64,000 nt of DNA from Promethearchaeota archaeon (lineage in GTDB: Archaea; Asgardarchaeota; Lokiarchaeia; Sigyniarchaeales; SOKP01), in assembly GCA_019058445.1 (NCBI GenBank), contig JAHPZA010000004.1:192001-256000 (forward strand), read 5' to 3'. The position numbers were made by a program, and so were the translations under genes. The notes under the pieces were generated by a model. That model ran no database searches. It saw only the letters and a list, made by a program, of their open reading frames with translations, and was not told the DNA's origin. This document shows positions 39,035 to 49,254 of this stretch, one piece after another; position 1 is the stretch's first letter, and each line of letters begins with the position of its first letter.

Positions 39035-40346
39035 TTATAGAAAAGTCATATTTTTCTTTAAGAATTTCATTAATTTTAACAAAACGCTTTTGAGAGAGAA
39101 TTTTATCTTTCTCTTTCGTAGCTATAAAACAGGAAAAATCAGATTTTTTAGTTGGATCTGATTTAGTAAATGATATTGGCGGCGTAATAAATTCAGGTAT
39201 TTCATTTAATAGCTTAGGAATAATTTTATCATTCAGTTCATTAATACTCTTTTCTCCTACATATTCTAATTCTACTCGTTTAAAAATAGAGTGACCTTGT
39301 ATTTCAGGCTCTTTAAAATCCAGAAATTTAGAGCAATAACTGAGGATTAACTCGACGGGGTTCACATTTAAAATGTTTCTAATTCCAATATAAGAAGTGG
39401 TTAATCTTGGATTTATTTCGATAAAATTGAGAGAATCCTGAGCTAATATAAAATCTATTCCAAAATAACTATTAAACATTGAAAGTTCTAGTTTTTCAAA
39501 TATTTTTATTAATATCTTTTTAATGTGTTCATAATTCTCTACTGGAGTGTATCCCCCAAAATATTCTGAATCTCCTTTTGACTTTTCAATATTAATGTCT
39601 TGATGATTTATCCCTAAAATTAATGGAGCGATACGAGGGTTTTTTTTATTAATAGGGGGACCTATTAAAGAAACGCTTAAATCTACTCCTTCAATATATT
39701 CTTGAGCGATGAACTTCCTTTCAAGATCAATATTTTGAGATTCTAGGTCTTTAAAGAAATTGAAAATCTGATATTTATTCTCGAAATAATATATCGATTC
39801 CGCACCCACGCCATCTATTGGTTTAATAACTATTGGAGAGTTAAATTCCTCAAATATTTGAATAATATAATTGAATTTTAAATCATTTATCAATGGTAGC
39901 GGATAAGTGTTTGGCGTTTTGATATAATGATTTCTAAAAAACTTGTAGGTTTTAATTTTTGATGATCCTAATTCAATTCCTTTTAGACCAGTACTCAGAA
40001 GCTTTTTATTTTCTTTTTTTACAATTTTAGTAAGATCATATAGTATATTTGAAAATTCAGGCGCAATAATAAAAGCTGATTCACATTCTTTCACTGAGGC
40101 CTTAAATATATTCATAAAATTATCACTTGCTTTTATGAATTGCAAAGAATCAGTTTCTAAGTAGTGTGATAAGAAAGAGATTCTCTCATCTAGTAAAGTG
40201 GTTATTTCAAAATCCATTGCTTTAAAATCTGCGATGATCGCTCTTAACATACCATATCCTTCGCAAAATAGCGACGAGGGAATTTCGACTTGATTAAAAC
40301 CACCACCAGAAACAAATTCAAAAATAAAAATCCTACTACTATTCAT
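39027..40346 (-). CDS. ATP-grasp ligase (tyramine--L-glutamate ligase MfnD-like)
   Basis: FEF.SGGG, EG..ML, IIAPE, VIKP.DGVG, QEYIEG, FGID, IEINPRLTTSY. Confidence 0.8.
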   Translation of the reverse strand: MNSSRIFIFEFVSGGGFNQVEIPSSLFCEGYGMLRAIIADFKAMDFEITTLLDERISFLSHYLETDSLQFIKASDNFMNIFKASVKECESAFIIAPEFSNILYDLTKIVKKENKKLLSTGLKGIELGSSKIKTYKFFRNHYIKTPNTYPLPLINDLKFNYIIQIFEEFNSPIVIKPIDGVGAESIYYFENKYQIFNFFKDLESQNIDLERKFIAQEYIEGVDLSVSLIGPPINKKNPRIAPLILGINHQDINIEKSKGDSEYFGGYTPVENYEHIKKILIKIFEKLELSMFNSYFGIDFILAQDSLNFIEINPRLTTSYIGIRNILNVNPVELILSYCSKFLDFKEPEIQGHSIFKRVELEYVGEKSINELNDKIIPKLLNEIPEFITPPISFTKSDPTKKSDFSCFIATKEKDKILSQKRFVKINEILKEKYDFSIIK

Positions 40347-40481
40347 TTTTAATAATAAGTTCTATACACGAATATTTATAGATTATTTTAAAACCAAAAA
40401 AAAATAAACTTCTAAAGATTTTAAAAGAATTTTGGATTAGAATATTATAACTTAAATTTAATAAAAAAAAGTGTTGATTTT

Positions 40482-41717
40482 ATGTCGTTTTTCAATGACG
40501 AAGTAATGCAAAGAATTAGATTCCTCCATTACTCAATTAAAAAAGTAGAAGCCGCATTAGACAAAGACGACGAAGAATACTCTTTAGATGACCTCAATCT
40601 AGTATTAGAATACACTATGATTCTAAACATAAATTATAAAAACGAGAGTCATAAAAAAATCCTAAACGAGTTAGATATCACCCCTTCTTTTCATGATTAT
40701 ATAGAGAATAGGGATATTGATATTGAGGACTTAATGTTTGAATGTGCTAGAGCTTTATGGGTGTTAGCAAGAGCATATTCTCATCTCTCAGAAAGTTTTG
40801 AGGAAGATGAAGATTGGGAAAATGCCATTATTGCGATGGTTGAATGTAGCAAAATTTATAAGACTGCTGCTTATTTTAGTGCTGCTACAGTGTATCAAAA
40901 TGACAAGGGTAGCTTAATATCCGCCGAGCAGTTAGAATTAAACTCAGAAGAGGCAAGAGTATGGGCACAGAGTATCGCAGCATCATGGGAAGAAATTAAA
41001 AACAATATATATTTTGCCTCGAAATTATATTCAGGCCTTTCCTTGCTTTCAAAAAGACTTTTCTACCTTAGGAAACATGAAGAAAAGAAACGTCAAAAAA
41101 TAAGGGCTCAATTTCATTATGATATGGGTAGAGCTTGTCAATTAAAAGCCATAGCCTCATTAGAATCTTCTATTGCTCCTATTAATAAAGAAAAAGTAAG
41201 AAAACTTAAGCAAAAAGCTCAATTTTATTATTTAAAAGCGAGAGATATTTGGGAATGGATGCTTGACAATTTAAATAACCTGGATCTCGAAGAAAAGAAT
41301 AGTATCGAGAATAATATCTCAATCGTTAAAGAAAACATTCAAGAAATTGACGATGAAGTCTTAGAATATGAAGAAATTAAGAAAATCCAAGATCCTGAGC
41401 CAATAATTATTATTCCTGAAAATTTAGCGCCATTCGTACCTAAAAGTACCGTCTATTTAACAAAGTTCATCCCAAAAGATCTGAATATTAAACGATTTAA
41501 GAATTTCCAAAGAAAGAAATTAGAGAAGAAAATTCCTTATAGCAAAAAGGAAAAATTACTGGACAAAAAAGCAGGAGTAATAAGAACAATCAATGAGTTA
41601 AAAGTTCTAAAAGAAAATAAAGAAATTGATCTCGAAAAATTTGCTGACCTTATGGAAAAGTATTCCACAAAACTTGAAATGATTGATACTGCTATTGAAA
41701 AATTAACGAAATCATAG
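40482..41717 (+). CDS. Hypothetical alpha-helical (TPR-like) protein
   Basis: 411-aa ORF, predicted helical pairs with A/Y patterning. Confidence 0.7.
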   Translation: MSFFNDEVMQRIRFLHYSIKKVEAALDKDDEEYSLDDLNLVLEYTMILNINYKNESHKKILNELDITPSFHDYIENRDIDIEDLMFECARALWVLARAYSHLSESFEEDEDWENAIIAMVECSKIYKTAAYFSAATVYQNDKGSLISAEQLELNSEEARVWAQSIAASWEEIKNNIYFASKLYSGLSLLSKRLFYLRKHEEKKRQKIRAQFHYDMGRACQLKAIASLESSIAPINKEKVRKLKQKAQFYYLKARDIWEWMLDNLNNLDLEEKNSIENNISIVKENIQEIDDEVLEYEEIKKIQDPEPIIIIPENLAPFVPKSTVYLTKFIPKDLNIKRFKNFQRKKLEKKIPYSKKEKLLDKKAGVIRTINELKVLKENKEIDLEKFADLMEKYSTKLEMIDTAIEKLTKS

Positions 41718-41719
41718 AA

Positions 41720-42220
41720 CTAATCTAACTGCCTGGAATGGATTCTTTCTCTTTTTATATACATCCTACGGTTTTTATCTAACTCATGTTTTCTCTGAGT
41801 TTCTTCTAAAAATACCAAATCATACACTTCCTTTAATATCACTCCAAAAAGACATAATTCCAATAGCATGATTAATATAATCATCATAACCTGCAAATTA
41901 TGTAAATCTCGAAATAACAGTAAGCCCATTAAAAAAAAATGGATTAAATAACATAATGAAATGATTCCAATTCTTTTTCCAAATTTGATAATGTGTTTAT
42001 CTTCTAATTTAAAGATTTTTTCCAATCTCAGGGCTTCTAATAAGTAGTACAAACTGAAGATCAGATTAATCATACTTAAAATTATAATAAAATTTTGATC
42101 TTCAATTCCTAAATTAATATAGGGGCTTAGGAGAATTGAACCCACCATAAATGTAAGTGAGAATATAAATATTAATAAAGCCAAAGAGAGTAACCCTTCT
42201 CGAAACTCTTTAAAATCCAT
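41720..42220 (-). CDS. Hypothetical 4-TM membrane protein
   Basis: Hydrophobic ORF. Confidence 0.7.
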   Translation of the reverse strand: MDFKEFREGLLSLALLIFIFSLTFMVGSILLSPYINLGIEDQNFIIILSMINLIFSLYYLLEALRLEKIFKLEDKHIIKFGKRIGIISLCYLIHFFLMGLLLFRDLHNLQVMMIILIMLLELCLFGVILKEVYDLVFLEETQRKHELDKNRRMYIKRERIHSRQLD

Positions 42221-42431
42221 GTCAAAATTAATTTTAGGAATCCGTAATTAGGTGATTAATAATAGTAAACACTCGTCAAATTAATAGTCATGGAAATATA
42301 TTATCACACGAAATTTGTGGGATAAATAATAATGTGTTCATGATATATTTTCTATTTTTAAATGAAAAGACTGCGCTAATTTTCTGATTTATTGCATTTT
42401 TCTTTAAATACTTTGAGAAGGTTAAACATTT

Positions 42432-42818
42432 ATGATCACATTTGATAAAATCAAATATCATTCGGACTTAGGAAATCTGAAATGTGGAATTTGTGGTGAA
42501 CCATTTAGAGCAGACACCGACATTTACTATTCTCAGAAAGTTAGCGGATATGTTTGCGAGAAATGCATAAAAAGGTTTTCAAAACAGCAAATTGAGGAAT
42601 TTCTGGTGTTGTTTAATACCTATAAAGGGCATTTTGGGCAATTTAATATCTCCGTAATGACATTAAAACACATGATTATTGAGTTTTTTGACCTTATTTC
42701 ATATACTAGCCATACCGATATAATCGAGCTAAATATGAGACTGAGACATCAAGCGTTATTATATGGATATACTCCCGAGCAGCTTATAGAACTCATGAAG
42801 AGAATTATTGCAAAATAA
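42432..42818 (+). CDS. Zinc-finger protein
   Basis: CGIC...CEKC. Confidence 0.7.
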   Translation: MITFDKIKYHSDLGNLKCGICGEPFRADTDIYYSQKVSGYVCEKCIKRFSKQQIEEFLVLFNTYKGHFGQFNISVMTLKHMIIEFFDLISYTSHTDIIELNMRLRHQALLYGYTPEQLIELMKRIIAK

Positions 42819-42895
42819 TTCCATTATTCAGAATGTAAGTTTTTGATCGATTACAATTTGGAAACGTATTAAAATTACTAAAATTTGAATTACTT

Positions 42896-43165
42896 ATGTC
42901 TAAGGACCAAATTTCATTACTGGAAAAAATTTCTGAAAAACTTTCTGACTTACTTTATCTAAATGGAATTATTGCAACTGAACTCATTAAAATAACAGAA
43001 AATACAGCAACTATTCGACGGGGGGAAGAATTTTTGGAGAAGACTCCCTGTCCTTCTGAGCACTATGAATTAAACACAAGAATCATTAGTATCTTGAAGA
43101 AATTTACAAAGAAATCAGAAGATTTAGCTGGTTTAGAAAAACATGTATTAAAACATATCGAATAA
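42896..43165 (+). CDS. Hypothetical protein
   Basis: 89-aa ORF with an ATG start. Confidence 0.65.
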   Translation: MSKDQISLLEKISEKLSDLLYLNGIIATELIKITENTATIRRGEEFLEKTPCPSEHYELNTRIISILKKFTKKSEDLAGLEKHVLKHIE

Positions 43166-43343
43166 TCAGGTCTAATTAAAAATTATGCCAGATGAATTTG
43201 ATAAGTTTGTAGAAAACTTTCTAAAGGAAATAATCAAAGAGGAAATTGAATAAAACAACGAGAAAATTGTAAATTAGTCATAAACACATTAACGCACACA
43301 ATTCAAAAATATAAAAAATAATGAAACCTAAGTTAAAATCATA

Positions 43344-44066
43344 ATGGAAAATATTAATATCGAAAATTTTGATATCCCTATAGAAGAAGACAATATTAAT
43401 CTGAAAAGTTCAATTTATTATAATTCAAAAATCCCCCCAAAAGCTCCGTGGGTAATTAATTGTGCTGGTTTATTAGACCATAGAGGGAGTCCTTTTGTTC
43501 AAATGTTCACTGAACGATTTGTAAATGCCGGCTATTATGTTTTGTCTTATGATTATCGAGCACATGGAGAAACCAAGAAACAAACGCGTGGACCTTGGCT
43601 TAGACATATTTTTAAGATTTTTACCGATATCAATGATGTAATTAATTGGGTTTTTGATAATCAATCCCACAGACTGTTAGAAGATGGTATTGCATTATTT
43701 GGAAGAAGTTTAGGGGCAGCGTTGATTCTAACCCAGGGATATATAAATGAGCATGCGAAGAAGTTAATTGCCTTGTGTGCGCGATATGATTATGCTCAAA
43801 TAAAAGGTATTGAGTTCCCTGAAGATGTCATAAAACATATTAGTCCAAGATATTATTTGAAAAAAGATCCTTCAAATTATACGAGAATTATGATTGCCCA
43901 TTGTGAGGATGATCCAAGAATTCCCTTTGAGCATTTTTTAAAGATAAAGGAACATCTCGGATTTGAGAATGAAAATGCGATTAATTATGAGACGGGAGGG
44001 CATTCCTTTAAAGGGCATAGGGATGAATTATTTGAGAAAGTTATTGAATTTTTAAACAAAAAATAG
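43344..44066 (+). CDS. Alpha/beta hydrolase
   Basis: YDYRAHG, GRSLG nucleophile elbow, HCEDD, GGH. Confidence 0.9.
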   Translation: MENINIENFDIPIEEDNINLKSSIYYNSKIPPKAPWVINCAGLLDHRGSPFVQMFTERFVNAGYYVLSYDYRAHGETKKQTRGPWLRHIFKIFTDINDVINWVFDNQSHRLLEDGIALFGRSLGAALILTQGYINEHAKKLIALCARYDYAQIKGIEFPEDVIKHISPRYYLKKDPSNYTRIMIAHCEDDPRIPFEHFLKIKEHLGFENENAINYETGGHSFKGHRDELFEKVIEFLNKK

Positions 44067-44121
44067 ATTTGTCATCCAAAAAGGAATATTTTTTTAATAA
44101 TTTTAAATATGAACAATTCAT

Positions 44122-44859
44122 TTGATTATGGAAACAATTCAAATTGAAAATGTTGACATTCCGATAAAATCGGATAATGTTAATCTTAAAGGATCCATAT
44201 ATTTTACATCACGTACACCTCAAAAGGCTCCATGGATAATTACGTTGGCCGCTTTTGGAGGTCATAGGAAAACTAAATTTATTAAGACTTATAATGAAAG
44301 ATTTGCTAATGCTGGATATTATGTGTTATCTTATGATCACCGTGGTCATGGAGAAACTCTTAAAGAAACGGGGGAATTGTTTTCTAAACGAGGATATCAA
44401 ATGTATCCGAAAATTTATTCAGATATCAACGAAGTAATGAGTTGGATTTTGGAAACACAATCTGAAAGACTGTTGGATGATAAAATTGCATTATTTGGGA
44501 GAAGTCTAGGAGGGGCTATTATATTAACACATGGCTTTCTGGATACTAGAGCTAAAAGATTAATTGCTTTAGCTGGTCGTTATGACTATGAAATCCATAG
44601 GATAAAATTCCCTAAAGAAACCATAAAAAAAATCAGTCCAAAATATTTTTTGAAGAAAAGTTCTTCAAATAATGAACGAATTTTAATCTTTCACTGTCGA
44701 GATGACGATATTGTACCGTTTGAAAATTTTACTCATATAAAAGAGCATCTTGGCTTAAATCAGGAGAATAGCATAATCTTTGAAACAGGAGCACATTCAT
44801 TTAGGGGGCATCGTGATGAAATATTTGAGTATTCATTAGAATTCTTAAAAAAATTATAA
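44122..44859 (+). CDS. Alpha/beta hydrolase (tandem paralog)
   Basis: YDHRGHG, GRSLGG, HCRDD, GAH. Confidence 0.9.
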   Translation: MIMETIQIENVDIPIKSDNVNLKGSIYFTSRTPQKAPWIITLAAFGGHRKTKFIKTYNERFANAGYYVLSYDHRGHGETLKETGELFSKRGYQMYPKIYSDINEVMSWILETQSERLLDDKIALFGRSLGGAIILTHGFLDTRAKRLIALAGRYDYEIHRIKFPKETIKKISPKYFLKKSSSNNERILIFHCRDDDIVPFENFTHIKEHLGLNQENSIIFETGAHSFRGHRDEIFEYSLEFLKKL

Positions 44860-44898
44860 AATAAGGGCAATAATTATTATATTAAATTATTATAAAGT

Positions 44899-45813
44899 GT
44901 GAAGTCAATGGAAAAAATATTAATTGTAGGGCCTGCATCTCAAATTCTTGGGGTAAAAATTGCGAATGAATTAGGCATAGAAAGCCTTAATACCGAATTC
45001 AAGACATTTCCGGATGGGGAAAACTATTTGCGAGTTAATATCGAAGATGAAACGAAAATAATGGGAACGGAGGTAATTATCGTTCAATCTACAGGTCCAA
45101 GTTCCAGCGGAAATCAAAATTCCAGATTATTTGAGCTTTTTATGATGATAAGTACTGTTAAGCGAATGGGGGCTGCAAAAATTATAGTAATTATACCCTA
45201 TCTCGCTTATGCTCGCCAAGATAAAGTTTTTAGACCAGGAGAATGTGTATTTGCAAATGTAATTTTAAGTATTATTGACTCGATGAGAATTGATGAGCTT
45301 TATGTATGTGATGTACATGCACCTAAGGTTTTACAAGATTTAATATGCAATAAAGTTGTAAATATTGACACTATGAAAATTTTAGCTGAATATATTAAAG
45401 AGTTGGGCGCAAAGGACATCGTTGTCGTGTCCCCTGATAAAGGCGCTGTGGAAAGATCAAAAGCATTTGCAAAATATTTTGGAGAGGATGTTCCAGTAGA
45501 TTTTTTTGAGAAAAAAAGAGATGTCAAAACAGGTGATATCACAATGACCGGCAAGTTAAGCCTTCAAGGAAAGGATGTTGTCATTTCAGATGATATCATA
45601 GCTACAGGAGGAACCATGGCTTCAGCAATTAAATTATCTAAAGAAAGTGGTGCCAATAAGGTGTATGCTGTTGCATCACATGCACTTTTATTACAAAATG
45701 CTAAATATCGTATCCTAAGTGCAGGAGCAGATGAGATAATTGGGACTGATTCTATAGATAATGAAGCTGCCAAAGTTTCGTTAGCAAAGGCAATTGCCGA
45801 TTACTTAAAATAA
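44899..45813 (+). CDS. prs: Ribose-phosphate pyrophosphokinase
   Basis: FPDGE, IPYLAYARQD, VSPDKGA, DDIIATGGT. Confidence 0.96.
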   Translation: MKSMEKILIVGPASQILGVKIANELGIESLNTEFKTFPDGENYLRVNIEDETKIMGTEVIIVQSTGPSSSGNQNSRLFELFMMISTVKRMGAAKIIVIIPYLAYARQDKVFRPGECVFANVILSIIDSMRIDELYVCDVHAPKVLQDLICNKVVNIDTMKILAEYIKELGAKDIVVVSPDKGAVERSKAFAKYFGEDVPVDFFEKKRDVKTGDITMTGKLSLQGKDVVISDDIIATGGTMASAIKLSKESGANKVYAVASHALLLQNAKYRILSAGADEIIGTDSIDNEAAKVSLAKAIADYLK

Positions 45814-45825
45814 AATCAGTGTATT

Positions 45826-46371
45826 TCAATAATTTTGGAGTATTTCTACCACTAACTTTCTTGTTTTCTTTATTAATTCCTCTTCAGTGGAGTTATTTTC
45901 TATTTTATGATCGGCCTTATTTATCACTTCTTTAAGTCCAAAACCAATTTCTCTTTTATCTCGTTGTTTTATCTCCTCTATTGACTTTGAATCATCACTA
46001 CGAGCTCTTTCATAAAGTCTTTTAAATCTCTCTTGATCACTTAATTCTATCGCTATTAATGGAAATTTCCATTCTTTACGGAATTCATTAACCTCATAAA
46101 AAGATCTTACTCCATCTATTATAATTATCTCATGATCAGATTTCTTAATCAATTCAATACATTTTTTAGCAATCGCAGATGGACCACCCAATTCTCTTAA
46201 ATCTTTAGCTAACTTTCCTAAATTTTCACCGGAGGGGTCAATATTCCTTGTTTTTGCCTCATCTCGTACCACATCTCCCATGGTTATTATTTTCCCTAGA
46301 TCAGCTATTGATTCTATTGCTGTTGATTTTCCAGAACCCGGAAGTCCACAAAATCCTATTATCTTCATCAT
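45826..46371 (-). CDS. P-loop nucleotide kinase (UPF0200 / dephospho-CoA kinase-like)
   Basis: GLPGSGKST, MGDVVR, IDGVRS..E, R.R.DD, RD.RE..FGL. Confidence 0.85.
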   Translation of the reverse strand: MMKIIGFCGLPGSGKSTAIESIADLGKIITMGDVVRDEAKTRNIDPSGENLGKLAKDLRELGGPSAIAKKCIELIKKSDHEIIIIDGVRSFYEVNEFRKEWKFPLIAIELSDQERFKRLYERARSDDSKSIEEIKQRDKREIGFGLKEVINKADHKIENNSTEEELIKKTRKLVVEILQNY

Positions 46372-46609
46372 AATTAAAATGAATTTTAACTATAGTTTAT
46401 ATAGAGCAACTAGATTTTTAAAATCTCCAATGAATTTTATACAAAAAAATTTAATTAAGGACTATGTAATAACTTTAAATACTTTAGAATTAATCTATCC
46501 TTATAGACTATACCAAACTTTAAAAAAAAAAGTTTTTTAACAAGTAAAACATGTAACTTATTGTAAAACTTCTTTTATTTCAAATAAAATCAAAATCTTA
46601 TGATTTTTC

Positions 46610-46930
46610 ATGGATAATAACGTTTTTTATATCAAAAATAGAAATGAGAAAGAGAGAATTATCAAGGATGTCATCTTTGCTTTTTCTGGCGGGCAAAAGA
46701 CCTTACAAATTAAAGGAGAAGGTGAAGAAATTTCGACTGCTGTAGAAATAGCTGAAATTCTGAAAAGTAGACTATATCCCGGAATAGAAATAGGAAATGT
46801 TTCGTTAGGAAGTCGTCCGTTTTTTGAACGCAGAAAAAGGGGAAGAAATTATAATAAATATAATAATCGGAATAAAAAAGATTTAGTATCTCAAATAGAA
46901 ATTACGCTCAAAACTAAGACATATATGTGA
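46610..46930 (+). CDS. Divergent Alba-family nucleic acid-binding protein
   Basis: 'IKGEGEEISTAVEIAEILKSR', 'VSLGS', 'VSQIEITL'. Confidence 0.75.
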   Translation: MDNNVFYIKNRNEKERIIKDVIFAFSGGQKTLQIKGEGEEISTAVEIAEILKSRLYPGIEIGNVSLGSRPFFERRKRGRNYNKYNNRNKKDLVSQIEITLKTKTYM

Positions 46931-46933
46931 TTT

Positions 46934-47107
46934 ATGACTTCGACTAATTTTAAACATTTAGGACCATTATTGGGAGAATCCCGAACACCTGCAGTATGTG
47001 AGATTTGCGGAAGCTACATTTTTAAGCAAATTTATCATGACGAAAATTCTAACAATAAACAGAAAACTGTTTTTGTCTGTAAAAATTGTCTGAATAATAA
47101 TAAATAG
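46934..47107 (+). CDS. 57-aa zinc-ribbon microprotein (not in the ORF track)
   Basis: MTSTNFKHLGPLLGESRTPAVCEICGSYIFKQIYHDENSNNKQKTVFVCKNCLNNNK; ATG 3 bp after the Alba stop. Confidence 0.75.
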   Translation: MTSTNFKHLGPLLGESRTPAVCEICGSYIFKQIYHDENSNNKQKTVFVCKNCLNNNK

Positions 47108-47139
47108 TAGGCTTTTGTGCTCGTTACTCGCATTGATAA

Positions 47140-47310
47140 TTAGCTTTTACGATAGTTCATTATTTGTTTTAGCTGCTTTCTTTTTTCTTCAAGAAATTTG
47201 TTCCAATCAAAAGTTAAGATGAAGAACATTATCATAAGCGTGACTAATAGCATTAACGCTTTGGTAATTACTGTTGATTCAATAATGATTGAGTGTTTTT
47301 TTTTCACCAT
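47140..47310 (-). pseudogene. Duplicated 3' end (46 codons) of the DedA/VTT gene at 52557-53399, with a short unrelated N-terminus
   Basis: ESTVITKALMLLVTLMIMFFILTFDWNKFLEEKRKQLKQIMNYRKS vs ESTVITEAIMLLVTLTIMYFILAFDWNKFLEEKRKQLKKIMNSRKN (38/46 identical). Confidence 0.85.
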
Positions 47311-47341
47311 TATTTAAATATAAAATTTTACATTATTGTAA

Positions 47342-47773
47342 TTGGATTCTATAAAATTTTTAAAACTACAATTAGGTGTTAAATTAATGGGATTAAAATT
47401 AGAATTTCAGCAAGAAGCTATATCTGAGGGAAAGAAGAGTTTTGATTATGGGATGGTTCAAATTTCACAAGAACAAAGACAAATAGTCTTAGATGCTTCG
47501 AAAATATTTACACAATATCTTCCTTTCGATGAAACCCCAATGGCAGGTCACATTCTAATTGCAATGAGAAAGTATCAAGAAGAGGCAAAGATAGATATCT
47601 CTAAGATACAGACATTACCAATTGCCCAACAGATTGAACAAGTAAGAGGTGTTCATAGAATGTTAAAGCTGAATTTAACTAAGTATTTGATTAAACATGA
47701 AATGGAACCTTTATTAGACAAAGCAATAAATGAAGCAGAGAAATTTGTTTTAAAACGATTTGAGAATTTTTAA
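47342..47773 (+). CDS. Hypothetical protein
   Basis: 143-aa ORF; true start may be ATG 47387 after the ggtg SD. Confidence 0.7.
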   Translation: MDSIKFLKLQLGVKLMGLKLEFQQEAISEGKKSFDYGMVQISQEQRQIVLDASKIFTQYLPFDETPMAGHILIAMRKYQEEAKIDISKIQTLPIAQQIEQVRGVHRMLKLNLTKYLIKHEMEPLLDKAINEAEKFVLKRFENF

Positions 47774-47866
47774 ACCAATTTTAAAGAGAGTTTTCATCTT
47801 TGATATTTTATAGTGTAATCCCCTAATTCAACTAAGTAAGATTTCTTTAAACGAGTTAAGATCCAT

Positions 47867-48994
47867 ATGAAAAAAGCAAATGAACATCTAAAGAAGGAAC
47901 GAGAGCCATCTGCATTTGAAACTATGCACGATGATGTATTGAAACTGGGTCTAAAAGAATCTGAAGATATTTTTCAAAATATAATAATAAATACTAAAGA
48001 ACCCATTTTTATCATTGGACTTGATGGAAAGTTTAAGTTTATCTCTCCGCAATATATTGAATTATTGGGGGGAATAAAAATTGATCTTGAAACTAATATC
48101 TTCAAATATATTCATCCAGATGATGTGAATATGTTAATATCATTATTTAAGAAGGGTATAAGAGAAAAAAAGCCAGCTATAAATGAAAACATTGAATTTC
48201 GATTAAAACAAAAAAACAACCAATACATTTGGGTATCAAGTTCGACAAAGAATTACTATAATAGTGATGGGAAACTAATCGGCTTTATTTCCACATTAAG
48301 AGATATTACAGACGAAAAATTAAGCAAAAAAAAATTAGAAGAATCTATAGAAAAATTTAAGTCAATTATAGAACAAACACCTATAGAGATTTATGTTTTA
48401 CAAGATGGACAAATTAAATATACTAATAAACAAGATTTAACATTCAGCGAATATTCTGCGAAAGAAATATTAAAATGGTCAGAAGCCGATATACAGAAAA
48501 TAATTCATCCTGATGATCTAAAAATCATACTAGATCAAGAAAGAATGAAAAGAAAAGGAGAAAAAAACGAAATTCCTAATTACATTTTTCGAATAATTAC
48601 TAAATCTGGAAAAACGATGTGGATTGAAAGCAAAATTAAAAAGATTATTTATCATGGAAATCCTGCTCGTTTAATCACTCTAAAGGAAGCTTCTGAGCAA
48701 AAAAAAACAAAAATATCTACTAAAGTATTTAAAGAAAAAGAAATATTAGCTCTGAAGAACTTTGAAGATATTAAAGAATCATTAAACGGATTATGCCTAC
48801 TTCTTAATATGGCTTATAATCATAATGATATTTATTTATGGACAGGGATTGAAAATCTTAATAAGCTTTATCAGAGAATTATACATTTATTATTGGATGA
48901 GGATGGTATAAAACTCATTAAGCAAAAAATTGAAAAAACTCAAATAGATTTAGATATCAATAATAATGATGAAGTATATTTTAAATTCTCATAA
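47867..48994 (+). CDS. PAS-domain sensor protein (2 PAS, no kinase domain)
   Basis: Two IHPDD / EFR....G...W PAS-PAC units. Confidence 0.85.
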   Translation: MKKANEHLKKEREPSAFETMHDDVLKLGLKESEDIFQNIIINTKEPIFIIGLDGKFKFISPQYIELLGGIKIDLETNIFKYIHPDDVNMLISLFKKGIREKKPAINENIEFRLKQKNNQYIWVSSSTKNYYNSDGKLIGFISTLRDITDEKLSKKKLEESIEKFKSIIEQTPIEIYVLQDGQIKYTNKQDLTFSEYSAKEILKWSEADIQKIIHPDDLKIILDQERMKRKGEKNEIPNYIFRIITKSGKTMWIESKIKKIIYHGNPARLITLKEASEQKKTKISTKVFKEKEILALKNFEDIKESLNGLCLLLNMAYNHNDIYLWTGIENLNKLYQRIIHLLLDEDGIKLIKQKIEKTQIDLDINNNDEVYFKFS

Positions 48995-49254
48995 CATCCT
49001 TTTTTTTTCTCAAAAACCAAATTAACTTAATCTTATTAATTATTATACCTCCCCTTCTCCTTCCAATTAGGACTATTTCTCATCTAATAGTTTATTATAC
49101 ACAATTGGTTTCAAAGATAAGAAATTATGAGATTAGTATTGATAAAATATAATGAGGAGGAGATAGAAAAAAATGATGATCAACTAAATAATTATAATAG
49201 AAAGTTTCTTAATATTCTAGTTGAGAATATTAATTTTTATGAGGTCTATCAACC

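Noticed and set aside
42298-42330. Imperfect inverted repeat (attatcacac..gtgggataaat) between divergent genes
   Set aside because: Single and imperfect in AT-rich DNA; cannot be told from chance without orthologous promoters.
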